A stretch of 64,000 bases of DNA from NCBI GenBank assembly GCA_002633005.1, contig NMRA01000674.1, positions 130,936 through 194,935 of the forward strand. Direction: 5' to 3'. The notes beneath the pieces were generated by a model that had not been told where the DNA came from, ran no database searches, and worked only from the letters and a program-made list of their open reading frames with translations. This document shows positions 1-14,379 of the stretch, piece by piece; position 1 is the stretch's first letter; every line of letters starts with the position of its first letter. The DNA is from Phoronis australis (lineage: Eukaryota > Animalia > Phoronida). The position numbers and the translations under genes are program-made.

Positions 1-1188
1 TATTGTTGTTGCTGTTCTATGTTGTTCTATTTTGGTATAAGCTGAGCAATCTATCTGGGGGGCTATTTATGAGAGGGCTCTGTATTGCGTGTAGGCACAG
101 AGTACAAGCAACCTTATTATTAATTTGTGTGATCTGTTTGCTCCGTGCTGGTCTCCCGACAATTCCCAGACGCATACTATTCACCTGTTTCACGAACGCG
201 CGGCGTTGCTGTCGTGTTGATCGAAAACGCCGCGCCTTGACAAACATGGCATCGTCCTGCAAGGTGGTGTGGTGAAAAGACTTATCAACGTTAGCAAAAA
301 TCAAGTTGTCTGATGTTGAATCGATCTCCAAATACGCACGTCAACTAGACTTTTACCCTCCTCAGCCATTCCTCCGTAGTTTTCATTTTTTTGGAAAAGT
401 GTGGAAGTCAGGGAGTTACCCAGGCTTTTAGTCTTGAAAAATCCTGCTCGCCAGCTGGGCGAGTGCCAGAGCCAGAAAATCTACTCGCCCGAAGTTCAAT
501 CACCAGGCCGTTGGCGCCAGTCACCACAACAAATTTGCTAATACTTTAAATAAAAATCACCGTCTCGTGCACTGATGTCACCATTAGGGCTACCGTATTT
601 GCCCTAACAATTAGCGCCCGGGGTGACGCTTTTTGTAGCCTACGGCAGTTAAAATCCGGTCTCCGCTGTGACGTATGTGTAACCTATGACAGACTTTCTA
701 CAAAACTGTGGTGCGTTGCTATCAAACTCTGTTGTTAATCTTTAAAAAAATGTGCTGAAATCCCAGGGCGAAAACTTGCCGACTGATGCGTCGCTGCTTC
801 GTCGATAGGACAACTTGAATTCTTGAGTAAAAATAGTTTCGACTCAAATTACCTCCTCCTTAAGTTTTCGAAATAGCCTTTCCTAAGATTCTTAAGTTTC
901 TGTGGACTCGGAGTCGGGATTAACCGCAGATTAAGTCAAAATCTGCGCTAGATCGCACCCGGCAACGAGAAAAATCTGGACGAACACATACGTTGTTGTC
1001 ACGGGACGTTTGTATTGAAGTGAGTCAACAGGTGTGCACCGAGTGAGCGAGCGCGTGCGTGTCATCAGAGTTCATTTGCCAGAGTAGCAGGCCCAATGAG
1101 CTTTATATGTAGTTATATTTATCTCATTGAGCAGGTAAACATGTACATGTATGCATCGACACGCAAAGTGGCATCAGCCTGACAACCT

Positions 1189-1652
1189 ATTACGCAACTG
1201 CTACTCGAGCCTAAAAATAGCAGCCGACCAGCTGGTCGGCTGATGGCCGGTCGGCTGAAGGGTCGGCTGAAGGGTCGGCTGGGGAGTCGCCTTATGTGTC
1301 GGCACTGTGCGCGGCTGTCGGTCGGCTAATTTGCCGACCGGTCGACGGCTAGTCGTCGACCAATTTCCGACTGGGCGGACAAAAATTCGTGATGTGTGCT
1401 GCAAGCTGATACATCAGTCACATATCACGAATTTTCGTCCGAGAGGCTGGATTATAGTCGACGCCCGGTCGTCCACCGGTCAGCTATTTTGTTGACGGGT
1501 CAGCTAATTTTTAGTCGACCGTCAGCCGGCCCCAAAGCCGACGCACAAGACGTCTGCCCAGCCGACTCTACTGCCGACCTTCATTGTCGACCCGGCATTA
1601 GCCGACCCGGTGGTCGGGTGCAATTTTTGGGCTAGAGTAGCAGTTGCGTAAT
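1189..1652. mobile_element. MITE with ~42-bp terminal inverted repeats and GTCGG/CCGAC-rich interior
   Basis: Left end ATTACGCAACTGCTACTCGAGCCTAAAAATAGCAGCCGACCA; reverse complement of right end ATTACGCAACTGCTACTCTAGCCCAAAAATTGCACCCGACCA. TA lies at both ends (possible TSD). Confidence 0.85.
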
Positions 1653-3195
1653 TGGGAGATTGGCGGATACCACGTAGCGTACCGATGCATAATCGTTTCG
1701 GCACAGGGTAAAACTAACGTATTTTTGAAGTGCCACCGTTGCATGAGTATAACATGTGTAACACCACTAATTCGAATATTGCAGAAGGCGAGTGGTGACA
1801 TTGAGCACTGGATTATGGAATATTCTACAAGTTTTGAAGAACACGATCTGACAGTTTTCCTCACATTTCATATTTTGACTCTTGACGGTAAAGAGTTCGG
1901 TTCGATGTCGCAGTCATTTTGATAACGTAGCCATTTTTTACAAAGTTTTCGTCCAAACTTCGTTTTCTTTGAGTTACGCGTAACTGCTACTTGTTCTTCG
2001 CGTATTTTAAGTTCTCCTATTATGTGTCCATAATGATGGGATTTGGAAGAAGAAAATTCACACGTAGGCATATTTACTGTTGATGTTTAACAGCGCAGGA
2101 AATGGTCAATTTATACTATCAAGTGACGCTTAATCTGTTGATTGACACCATGCAAAGGACGGCAACAAATATGCATGTAAATCAGTCTGGTTTGATCTGT
2201 AACACCCAACCAGTTTTTGTGTTTTGCAGTCACCACGCAATAATTTACAGTTCCGTCGCGTTCCAAAAACGCGGAATACTTCTATTGTGACAAAATGAAA
2301 ATGACCTTTCAGTTTCCGAAAATGCACCTGTTTCTAAAAAAAAAACAAACAGCATAAGAACGTTTTATCGAAAATGCATGGCGGCGCAGTGCACCCGTGA
2401 TGTAAGCATTTTGGCATGTTCAGAAAAGTGCAGTAACTATGCATAGAAAAACAATATATTTGATTCGTCGGACACGAAGACAGTGAATACGGCGTTTTTA
2501 AAAATCCACTCAGGAGGACAATTCAAATTAACGATTTTCGCAATACGTTTAGTGCCTACGTTGTACAGGTGCCTGTGGTCAGAAAGCCTAACTGAGTAAA
2601 GAATTTAAAGTATGCGTTTTGAAAAATTTCTAGAGTTCTGTGGACATAGGTCTGTTATAAGTCAAAAGTGATGAGCTACAAAGAATGCCTTTTAATTTAG
2701 AGTAAGTAAACTTAAGCTTTGCCTCTTACAGCATACGCTCTCAAAACACACGCCTGTTGTAATATCGGCAGAATTAATGTAACAATCAGTGCAACGTACT
2801 ACAGAGTGTTTGTGGATAGCAGAGTAATACACATGTATCTATACGATAAGAATTCTTCACCCTGCATTAAGAGCAACAATTTCGAGCCATACAACTGTAG
2901 TATTTCAAGCGGTCATTTTCATTAGGACTTTCGGAAAGAAATCAAACCAAAACGCTGCGGCACCCAATAACATTATCCTGTATTTTTTCCGTATTCTGCA
3001 GTCAGAAAGAATCACCGAAGACATGTGATTACAATTTTATGAACAATTATGAACTGCCCATGAGGCCGACGGTCCCCGGCCGTATTCCGGGCAATAGCTG
3101 AGCCCTACGCAATTTTCTTTTAGGTCAACATCATCGGCGTGTGACCGGCGTATCCCTTCGTAACGCGGGGACACGAAGAAAGTATTTGGCTAATA

Positions 3196-4731
3196 CAGGC
3201 CCGTAGCCAGCATTGCGCAAGGGGTGGTTTGAGTCTCTGAAACGGTGGATCTTTGATATTTTGCAAAGATCGACCTAGTATAGTGTCAGTAAGGCCCCTG
3301 ATGCATCTTAATTAGAGGGAAGGGAAAACTGTATATACATTGATGACTCTTAGTTCTATGTTCCTGAGATGAGATGGAAATGAGGATACCGCCACAGTTG
3401 CTCGTAAAGAATGGAAAGCAATTTCGGATGTGTAATATGTGGTCCAGAAGGAGAACGTTCTTGCGTTACCTTTCGCCAGACTTTCAAATCATACTCGGAC
3501 TGAATTCTTTAGTCTGAGAATGAATTGAAATTTTTATCTTGGTGTATTTTTGCGTGTTACATCGCTGGAAAAGGGAACAGCCCACTATTCTGAAGGTTCA
3601 CTAAAGCGAAAATGTCTAAAACTTCGAACACAGGTTTAATTATTATTCTTTTTCATGCAAAAGCAAACGACACTTCGGTTATCAGACGCGCTGAGTGGTG
3701 TACCTGTACCGAAAACAACCTAAGGGTACTATTGATTTCATGCGCATACGAAATCACCAACATGTTTTACGAATACGAAAAAACTAAGTAAATGTAGCTC
3801 TTGCATTATTAAAAGGATGCCAAACCCGGATTTGGCCTATTGACAGATTCTGAAAATGACTTTCCCATAAGTTATCTGAAACAAAATAACACTATGTAAC
3901 CACTGACAACTCTCAAAAGTTTGCTGAAAATTTGAAAACTCCTTTCCAAGTTTGCTAATTAAACGGAAGAGCGAAGAAAGCCTTTTGCGACTTACACGAC
4001 AACTGTGGGAAAAGTCCACCCACCAAGAACAAACAATCCTCGTTCTCTCACTTACGGATGCATCATTGGCGTCAGGTAAAGCAGGAATCAACTAAGAATT
4101 CCTACCCAGTACCTCACGAATTGGACATTATGGTCCTTGATGGGTGGTGTATTCCCACAGGTGCGGCGTAATTGGCTAAAAGCGTAGGTTACGCTTGCCT
4201 CTTTACCAGAACTTGCAAGCATTTTCTAATTTTCCTCGATTTTCAAAGGGTTGTCGAGGAGTTAAAGAGCATTATTTGTTTCAGAGAATTGGATGGGAAA
4301 GTCGTTTTTAGTATCGTTTAATAGGACAAAACCGGGTTTGGTAAACTTTCAACTTGAGCGATTGACGGAGGTGATACATTAGCAGGTGACTGAACGAGTA
4401 GTCACAGGATTATCCTTTTAAAAGATTATTTTACGCCTCTAAGAATAATTGACTCACGCCTGCAATTTAGGGTCGTAACGTTCACCCATCTGGCCAACTA
4501 CATGTATAATATATTGGTGTACATGTAGCAACCACGCACGCTCAATGCCAATGTATGACGTAAAGCCTCCTTTAATCGTCTGCACGACCCTGCCATATGC
4601 GCAAACACCACTCGGCGAAGTTGGGCCCTGGGGCCGGGTAGGGCCCTATGATTATGCGAAGCGATTTGAATCAGAAGCAAATTCTTCTAACTTAGTTATA
4701 ATTGTAGTTAACACCACCAGTAGCTGCAACT

Positions 4732-4778
<47 letters not shown>

Positions 4779-4874
4779 GCTGTCCATCTATATCCTATCT
4801 CTAACGGATAGGCTGGCGCTGGACCTTTTCCCTTCGATCGAATCCCCCGACCCCTCCCCCTGGTTACAGGCTTG
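3196..4874. mobile_element. Non-autonomous hAT-like element with 5-bp TSD (TAATA)
   Basis: Left terminus CAGGCCCGTAGCCAG; right terminus CTGGTTACAGGCTTG (12/15 inverted match). TAATA directly flanks both ends (3191-3195, 4875-4879). Confidence 0.6.
4732..4778 (+). repeat. (GTT)n microsatellite
   Basis: About 15 GTT units; these create the poly-V/L/T ORFs in the track. Confidence 0.95.
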
Positions 4875-5079
4875 TAATATTTTTTTAGAATGGCTAAATG
4901 TTTCAAATGCTTCAGCCATTTTGGCTAATGCCTTTCAATCTTTAGCTCGAGCCTAGTGTTGTATATTATCTTCTTTGAAATTCGCTTAACCAAAACATAA
5001 TGTATTGTAATAATGTTATAAAATGAAACAAATGCGTTCTTTTTGGAGGAGAGCGGTGTTTTCTGAGTTGTGTCTTTCC

Positions 5080-5792
5080 GGGATTGTTCTAAAACCCTTT
5101 CGGCCGGTACGGCCAGGATACCCCTAGATCCCCTCGACCCACGACCCCCTCAACCCATGACCTGTGGCAACAGACGTATTTTTGTGTTTTTAATTTTTCC
5201 TAATCTTATTACGTCGCTGAGTGACTTTCCCATGACACATGCCTACGCTCAAGTCTGGTGTTTAAAAAGAGAAAGTGGCCTGAGAACGTGATCTGAAATA
5301 GTTCATTGGTAGAGCTCTATCGTTGTCCCGGAATTATTTCCACAAGCGGCTACCGATGGCCCTGTTCTACTAAAATTAGGCAGAGAGTACGTGAACGTGA
5401 ATGTGCATAATTTAAGATTTTTATTATTTACTTTCTATTGTATACTCGTTTACAATATACTCCATGAAACGTTGAAATACTTTTTAGTTAACAGTCGGCA
5501 AGTCTTCGAATCGATTCGGTCGCATTGCTTTTTCAGTTTTTGACTTTCTAAATTGCCGAATCGACTCTCTTAGTTGCAAGAAACAGGGAAAAGACAGCCG
5601 AGCTCAAGGCTCAACTCATTGGACGTGCATTCCAGTGTTTGTGCTATGCTCAGATCGAGTCGAGCTTGTGTAGACTGGGTGCAGGGAGCATTGGGTCGTG
5701 GGGTTGAGGTGCTGTGGGTCAAGGGTATCGTTGGTCGAGGGGTATCAAAGGGTGTGGGGTTGAGAGGGTCGAAGGTGTTTTATAACTGTCCC
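5080..5792. mobile_element. Degenerate MITE with imperfect TIRs and GACCC-rich subterminal repeats
   Basis: GGGATTGTTCTAAAACCCTTTCG at left versus reverse complement GGGACAGTTATAAAACACCTTCG at right. C-rich subterminal repeats at left mirror G-rich ones at right. Confidence 0.5.
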
Positions 5793-6339
5793 AATAAAAC
5801 TGTGAAAGGGTTGACCCCTGTTCATTTTGCTGACTCAATGCATGGACCACGACTGGGGAATATTTTATGAACTCATTGGCCTCCTAAAGGACAGCGAGTA
5901 CAGGTACTATTCAGTGGACTTAGGTGTCAAAATGCTTCATGAACAGTTGTCTGCATGTTAAGTATCAGATTACATAGTAATTTGATGATCTAGGAACAAT
6001 TATAAGCAAACAATAGTCGCCTATTACTGCTTCAGAATAAAATTACACAAGATGTACCGAGAGTGGTGTACACAGGAAGTAATACTATTCAGCGTATCGA
6101 CCGAGGCCGAAGGTTGAGGACAATACGCAGAATAATGTTGAGTGGGATATTACTTCATCTACGCCAATCGACGTTGGTTTTGTATTTACCCCTAACGCTC
6201 CGAATTAATAACATTTTTGTCATTTTCGGCGTTTTTTAAAATACTTCACACAGACTGTTTTATATGGCGGATCACATCCTATATGTATGTACTTGCCTGT
6301 TAGGTTACATAGTTTTGCTTGAAAAAGGAACGGTTTTAA

Positions 6340-9300
6340 GTACTAGTCCACGAGAGCACCAACCATGAGCGGCAAGGTGGGGGTCAGCCGATTTTCACCA
6401 AATTTGGCACATATGTAGTCCTATGGTATCTATAAACAGCGGTAAAATATTTCCTCAAAATATTGCGTTTTTCTAAAGTTATAGGTTCAAACACATTTTA
6501 CGGTTTCGCAGCCATGTTTTCACGGTATTAAAACTGTCCAGATTTAACTGTTCATATTTTTCCTTGAATGAAAGCTATTGATTTATTATTCACTTGGCAT
6601 TTTTTAATGGTGCCTATAAATTGTAACTCAGATGTCTTGAAACAGGATTCCGATTTACCACCCTCATTTAGTAGTTTTACTACACTGCCCCCCGTTATGC
6701 CATTTTGAGGTTGTGTTCAGTACACTGCTGTACTAAATCTGCCTTCTACATGTAGGTCTTTTCAACACTCTAATTGCTACGGGACAGAGGCAACCACACA
6801 GAGCCCATAAAGTCAGGGAATTACATTTAAGGTGATGTAATCTCACTGCGAAAAAGTGATTTCGCAATATCGCTGACAACACTGGAAATCTCTTCTTCAC
6901 AAACTTGAGGTAGCTGAGGTACCACATCAATGTTCTTATCAAAACTAACCACCACAAAATGAAAAATTGGCTTCTCGGTTCCAATTAGGCAGCATTTTAC
7001 AATGAAATGGTCATGAAAAAATACTTTTGCAACATGGTTTGCATTACAATTGCCCTACGATTACAGTTGTACATACATACTAGTCCAGTAACAAAATTAC
7101 CCATCCATGGGAACCATAAAATGGTCAATTCGCCAAAAAAACAAGGAGCCACCAGAGCTAATGTGCCAATACTTTTCAGTACTGCAACAAAAAATCATTT
7201 GAAGTGGACATAAACTCGCCTAAAATCACATAAAACAACTTTTGATTTAGATATTTTACCATCACGAAATAGGTATTACTTCCAGGTCACTTTTGAGCAA
7301 TTTCAGAACTTTGAAAGATCTGGCAATATGCAATTGCTAGAGACCAGACTAATAGTGTGCGATTTTATACACACAGCATGGTCTCAAGGAATAGCAAACT
7401 GTCAATTCGCTACAATTCCAGAAATCACTTCCCATCTGGATAAGGAACAAACTGAGCAAAGTTTATAGAGGTAAATGGTCTAAATCAAAACTTATTACCT
7501 CCTGGACAGAATATGGGTTTACAACCCAGGTAGAAAGATAAGTTAACAAAACCAGCCTAACTGCAACAGGGTCTCAAATTTCAGTAATATATACCCATTT
7601 ACAAACAAAAATCTATAATGGTAAATAAAATGCGGAAACATAAATTCAGATCAATTATGCATCTTCAAGGAAAAGGAACAGTACAGTGGTCAGAAATCAT
7701 CTAAATGTGATGGCGACACTGAGAAATCCTGTCAGACCAAAAAATCCAGTGGCTAAACAAAATGAACAATGTACCATTACCATGTGGCCCAGGATCATGA
7801 TCCGTGCCCGAAGAAAAATTCAGTCTTAGACTAGGTAAATTTTAGATTTGTGCTGTTCACACAAGCAGTTCTGGTGCAAACAAAGCTTGCGACAACACAC
7901 AAGCCTACTTCCCTACACAGCTGTGCTGATACAATAATGCCCCCACTGGATTTAGCAGATCAGCCAGAGTATTTACAGGTCCAGCCACTGTACTATTTCC
8001 TCCCTTTGAATTTTTACAATGCTACATGTACATCCTTGACAATCGCAGATTGCCTCTTTCAATGCATACTCCACTTCCTCTGTCCCAGTTTCCCCACATT
8101 TGCTGAGAGTGGCCTATCTCAAGAAATTATTTTGGACCTGTTGTGGTATAAGCCAATAATCTTTGGCAAATACTTTTTCCCCCGACTCGTTCCTCAAGCT
8201 ACAAATTCTCTTTGACATATCTTCTGGGAGTACACTTTACGGCCTCTCTTTTAACCCCCTCACTTAGTTGTCCAGAAGGGTAACTTCTTGCTGGTTGTGA
8301 ACTTTTCCATACCCAACCTTTACTAATAATCGGCAAGTCTCCAACTTCAGCAGAAGCCACTTCTTCAGCATAAGCCTTTCCTGATTCCTAAAATTGTATC
8401 AATGAAAAAATTAAACATATTAAATTTAATGAGGTCATTTCGGCTCAGAAAATATGAATACCAAGCTAAAGTGAAGGCACCAATATTTTTGACGGCTTTA
8501 GCATGTTAACTTCATAATCGCAGAAATTCATTGGCAGACATAACATACTCCCTAGTCTCTAAAAGTAGTTCATGGGCAGAAGTCATGTTACACATTTGGT
8601 GGTTGTTATGAAAAGTCATGATGACTACCTATTTTCTATGCCAATGTATACATGTAGTTGCATAAACATCAACACATTTGAATAAGCTACGATTAAGCAA
8701 TAATGCCCAAGTTATAAGCAATCACGGTGTGACAATAAATGTATTTTTGCATGAATGACGTGCTTCTAAAAACATTCCTCAGGGTCAGACCCTGGAGTTT
8801 AGTGATTCCTACCTGAGCTCACACGAAGCAGGACGTTGAACCTTGACTTAACGTCTTTGGTCATTTTTCAGACCTCTATCAGATTTCTCCTCTAGTGTGC
8901 AGTGGATGTTCTAAGTGTCTTTGGCGACGCCAATATATCTCGAGTGTTGTATCGATGATTCGGTTAAGTGAATCTAATACGGTAGATTATGTAGCTCCTG
9001 CACACCTGCCTCCGAGGCCGACAATGAGAGAGACTACTTCTCAGGAGGACACGTTCCACCTCCATATCAGCTGCACGTACTCTTATAAGGTGCTCAAATG
9101 TCTCGCTCTATACCTTGTGCACTTCCCAAGAGTTTTCAAACTTGTTTCTCTCCGCAATTTGTAGAAATACCACATTCGATGCGAATGGCAGTGCCAGATA
9201 AATAGATAAATTCGCAAACCCGCACTTTAGGTCAGCCATCATTCAACTAACGCATTGTAAGCTTTAGTTTGGTATTCAGACGAGTTGGATGAACAAATTT

Positions 9301-10022
9301 AGTATAATTTCATATTTTAGTAGGAAATGCTAGTGTCCTTAAAATCAATTAAAAAACATATAAGCAAACCAATTCTTTTAATTGTTGTATTATACCACGG
9401 CACATTAATGCGTAGAAACGGCTCGCAAATAGTGACTGGTTTAACATGACAAATACACATACGCGGTCTGAAAATAGTGAAATTCAGAACCTATTACCAA
9501 GCCTGCCTGAAGAGCTGACAAAGTTTTTATTGTATTAATTTCAAGGGCATGGAGTCTTCTACATGTCCATGTTATTATTTTTAGTTTTCTCGTGGGGGCA
9601 GCTTCGCTAAGAGGGTACAACTTACTGCTGGGTTTTCACAAGAAGGAAATGTACCTCCACGGAAACAGTTCCAGTGTTACCATGGTAACCGATATTGCAG
9701 TGTCGGTGCCGTTTTTACTGACATTGGCCATGAACCTATCATGTGATATCAAAATTTTTCAGAAACGATTCTGTTTGAAGCAGAAACTGGAGTAGAAAAT
9801 TTGGTCAAAAATGACTCATTCCACACCAAGAAATTGCCTCATTTTGCCCCCAAGAACACTTCCCTTGTATCTCCTTAACAACCAAACTTTGTGATGTCAT
9901 ACTTCACCCAATTTCTCTCATCCCTAATGTGATTTATCAGACTAAACATGGATCTGAATGTCTGACCCCCCACCTTGCCGCTTGTTGGCTGTACAGTGGT
10001 CGGTGGATCCGTGGACTGATAC
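6340..10022 (-). mobile_element. 3.7-kb TTAA-flanked TIR DNA transposon derivative (Sola3/Kolobok-like, family uncertain)
   Basis: TTAA|GTACTAGTCCAC...GCGGCAAGGTGGGGGTCAG at left and CTGACCCCCCACCTTGCCGC...GTGGACTGATAC|TTAA at right. Decayed minus-strand coding remnant at ~8110-8330 (KGWVWK...MSKRICSLRNESGEKVFAKDYWLIPQQVQNNFLR). Confidence 0.75.
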
Positions 10023-10829
10023 TTAAATGTAAAGAATTATTTCTTGAAAAGAGATGACAAAGAATATATAACGGCAATTGAGTATTGAAGTTTGAAATTT
10101 CCTGAAAACAGTTCAATAGAAACCATATTTGATATTTTATTTACCGACGAAGCAGCGCCCGAGTCGCAGACGATATAATATGTAGCAATTCAAAACCGAG
10201 ACAGAATTGCCACATAATTTACAATTTTGTTACAGATGTTATGCTTGAGACCTGGCTGCATATTGAGTGTTATTCATAATGCTGCAATTGTACTGTAACT
10301 TCAAACTTTTTGGGGATAGTTTGATGAACGAGCTGGTGAACGACGTCGAGTTGACATTGATAAACCCTTGGAACTATCCATGTCAGAGGCAGTCTTGAAG
10401 TAGCGCGAGAGGGGGAATAGGAAAACAATATCACATAGCTGGATTGCACTTGACTGATTCAACTCGTATAGGATAAACTGCTTTCCATTATGGTCCTAGT
10501 ATAATTTGATCCTTAATAAGCTTTTTGCACCTTGGTCATTTGACAATCAATTTCAATGGCGGAACACAGTAGATCCATATCAGATTCAGAAATGATTTTG
10601 AGAGAACATTATTGTGTAGACAGAGAGGTGAGAGGATACGGGCATCACACTAGAGTACTTGAAGAATCAGATAATGGATTCAATTTTTACCGGATGAACT
10701 TGACCCACTTGAACCAGAAATGTTGCAAACATACAACAGTATGTCAACCACAACACGCTGTACCAAGTGGTGCTAAATATGCACAATATACATGTAGACA
10801 CTTAATAATCACTGAAAAGGCCACAGTAA

Positions 10830-11700
10830 AACAGTAATTCATGATGTCTAAGGTCAGTCTTATATTTTCACCCATACATCTTCCTTTTATAAATCCCGTC
10901 TGAAGCGGGGAAATTATAAATCCAAGTACCTTTTTCATTCCCCCTGCAATACATCCAGATGCCAACTTGTAAACACTGTTTAGCAATGCCATTGGTCTCC
11001 AGGTTTTTATGATTTTTTTAGCCTTATCTGGCTTTGTAATTAAAGTTACCACCCCGTTTTTGCGTATTTCTCAGTTTGATTTTTAATTTCTTACATTCAC
11101 ATGTTTTATTATAAACAGTCTAAACGTTTCCAGAAAAACTTGAAAATTTCGTTTGTGAAACTATCTTTTTCAAATTTTATGTTTGCAAATATTGACTGTC
11201 ATTAGCATAAGTTTTTTTCGTCAAAATTTGCGGTCACATCTAATGTATTTTATTGATTTTGTAATTATTTTCCCACTTCCCACTTCTATAAAACTGTCTC
11301 GATTTTAAGCTACCAAAATATTTTGTTGGGCTTTCTCCCTCCTCTATCCATTTTGCCCTGAATCTGGCGTATTATCCATTTAATTTCTGTGACCTTATCT
11401 CTAGAAGAGCACGCACTCCTTTTCCTTTCTAGATCTTAAAATTTCTATCACCAACACATTGTTCTGAATTCTGTATTTATTTTTCTAATTTATTATTTTG
11501 CCTATCTAATTTTTCTTTCATCGAATTGTGAGAAAAATGACCTTTTGTATCCCCATTACTTGCACATCTAAAAATAATTCGTCTTTAAGATAAACTGAGT
11601 CTCATTGTTTTGTCTTGCTTTTTAACATTAGTTATCGTGTCTTGAACGGTGTCCTCTGTTTATTTTTACAAAAGGTGCGCAACTGAGAGTTATTAACTCA
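10830..11700 (-). pseudogene. L1/Tx1-clade LINE ORF2 fragment (pre-RT region and N-terminal RT motifs)
   Basis: VTLITKPDK...WRPMALLNSVYKLASGCIA...QTGFIKGRCMGENIRLTLDIMNY, plus upstream ARFRAKWIEEGESPTKYF at ~11320-11370; frameshifted. Confidence 0.85.
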
Positions 11701-12465
11701 TTGCTGTATGCAAAAAGTGTTTTTACTTAAAAGTCTATGCGTCAATAGACTTTAACACCACTTTGAATTCGTGTCAAACGTAAAGTCTTCAACCAAAAGT
11801 AAATTTCTCTCCACTATTGATGATATAATAACACATTTAACAGTACTCTATTTTGTTTCAAATTTTGGTTTTTAAATAACTGGTAAACTACAAAAGTCAT
11901 AGATAAAGGTCTTTGGCATTTTTCAAAACACAAATGGCAGGAAATTTTAGTTGTGTAATATTAAGTAAAGTATCTTGAAAGGCATGATTATCTTTCAAAT
12001 ACATGTGTGCATTCGTAAAATCCTCCTTAGACCATGGAACCCCAGAAGGCCCAGATATTCAAAAATTTTCTTAAAAATTTTTTTGAGTTCAATAATACTT
12101 GAAGATAGATCACTAGATGATGAGAAAAGAATTTAAAAAAAACTTTGCACTCAATGACCTCGTTTTATACAATGTTGCAATTTTGCAACAGTGGGAGCTG
12201 ATGGTAGAAAATGTCCTATATTTAGCCAGACATGTGTTTGTGAAAATCACTACAAAACAACATCAGATGGAACACTTTATTGATGACAATTACCCTAATT
12301 ATCAGCAAAAGCTAAGTTTGGTGTATTTGTAAACATTTTGTTTGGTGCATATGAAATTTCACCCTTCTCTTATCCCTGTAATGCTGTCAACATGTGTTCC
12401 AAGACCTCAGTCCTCGGTTGCCCCTACGGGCCAGTAATTCACATTGCTGCATCTAAACATACAGT

Positions 12466-13410
12466 TTAGTTGTGGTAACTAAGTATGATAGAGACGGAAA
12501 CAGTTTTTTGTGAAGTAAAGCACAGATGAAGTTCACATTTCTCGCATGCAATTCCAGTAAAACCGTCAGCACAGTACTTGCAACGACCTCTTTTCGCAAC
12601 TTTTATGGGCCAGTGACCAACATCATCGCATCTAACCTCACGCGGAAGTGCTGCCTTTCTTGCCTTCTTTGGTAGTGCAGGTTTTGGCAATTTAACCTCA
12701 TCCAACGATGGCCGGCCTCGCTTGAGAGCTTTGCACATGATCAGTGAAGTTGCAACTTGGGCCTGGAACATTCTCAGCTTCATGAGGTCCCCTTCGGGCT
12801 TTTGAAGAGCACGAAATTCCTTTTGGTACAATAGTCAAGCATTTACCACAGCAACGGATATAGTGTGCCAAAACAGGTACAGGTACCACCTTTTGGACGT
12901 GATGCCGTACTAGTACTTTGCTGACAGAGCACCCAACAGGTCGACACCATACATAAATTTATTGTACTGACTGACACAAAATGGCCTTGGGATTTGGACA
13001 TGTGACTTGGAGCTCTTGTCCCATCTTCTGACAATATCAGTAGGATTAGCACCAACAAAGGATGAAATGACAGTTACTGGCTTGTTGTCATTCCAGTGCA
13101 CAACGCAGATGTTTTCGTTGACCTCGACTTTTTCTTCATAGGAACCTCTTCCTTGTTTTTTCATTTCCTTTTCACTTTTGAGGCTGCACCCTTGGATAAG
13201 ATTGGTTCGTATAGTACCCAGGTACTGTATTCCACGTTCATGTAGCTTGTTAACCAGCTTGATACCAGAAAAGAAGTTGTCCGCAATTATTTTGTAGTTC
13301 TTGTGAGATGGCAAAGTTGCTGACAAATTCAAAACAACATTCGCACACAGGCCCAGCTCAGATTTAAACGTGCGCTGACTGCCTTGGTAAACGTCAAAAT
13401 CATAAATAAC
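12466..13410 (-). pseudogene. piggyBac (PGBD3-like) transposase, C-terminal half, frameshifted
   Basis: Motifs IIADNFF, YLGTIRTN, VHWNDNKPV and YNKFMYGVDL, and a C-terminal Cys-rich domain RGRCKYC...CEKCELHLCF, spread over several frames. Confidence 0.9.
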
Positions 13411-13914
13411 GTAGAAAATATATCTGAAACTAAATAAGGCGATCCAGATCCTCCCAAGGATATTATTGTTTCATGAAATGAAGAATATAAATCGGTAAAT
13501 AAAACAACAAGAATGGATCAACTGAAAATTAAAATTTTCGGATGTAATAACTTCCTTTATCAACAAAAACAGAAATAAAGTAAAATCAAACACAAAATGA
13601 CAATTGACATATAAGATATGGTGAAAATGAAACATTTTTGCGTAAAAAATTCAATGACATATTTTAAGAAGTTACGCAAAAAATGTATCATTTCTAATTC
13701 AAATAGTTTGTTCATTTGTCAAGAGAGGTCCCTCATACTGTAGCATTACTGCAACAATGGGCCTTGGAGGTTACACGATCAATAATATAAGCACAGAATA
13801 ATTGAGGGTTAACTATAGATTATCAAAAGTGGTGGTTTCAATATTACAACAAGGGGCATTCCAGGGTAAACTTCTTAAATTATATCATTGAATGTCAATT
13901 GTCATATACATGTA

Positions 13915-14370
13915 GAATGAGACGCCCGTTTAAACGTTGTAACCTTTTAAAAAGATACTGCGTGACGAACACGTGTCTTATCGTTTCGTTTTAAAGTTTA
14001 AACGTGATACAGCGAGTACAACGAGACGGATACTTTAGCGTTATTAACCTTTGGAACGATGCAGGATGACAAACACAATTCTTGTTGATTCTTTTTAAAG
14101 TCTAGAACGTTTCATGAAGTTAAACTAGAGCCACGCTTAAATTTCGTTACTCCCTTTGTACGATACAGAGTGAGGAAAGCGCGTCTCGTTGTATGGTTTT
14201 AAAACATGGAACCATACAGCGATTAGAATGAGATGCACGTACGCTTTACCGCTGACACCTCTTAGAACGATGTAGCGTAATAAACGCGTATCGTTTTTAC
14301 ATGTATGCCAAAAACGATACAGTGCTTTGGACGAGACAGACGTTAAAACCCTTAGAACGATGCAGGGTGA
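13915..14370 (+). repeat. Degenerate ~100-bp satellite-like array (TTTTAAAGTCTAGAACGATACAG core)
   Basis: Recurring AACGTTGTAACCTT...TTTTAAAGTCTAGAACG motifs. The same family occurs in the same orientation at ~36150-36500, ~37130-37350 and ~38095-38165. Confidence 0.6.
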
Positions 14371-14379
14371 AAAATAGCC

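Noticed and set aside
4545-4956. Poly-V/L/T ORFs that look like signal or membrane peptides
   Set aside because: Translations of the (GTT)n microsatellite.
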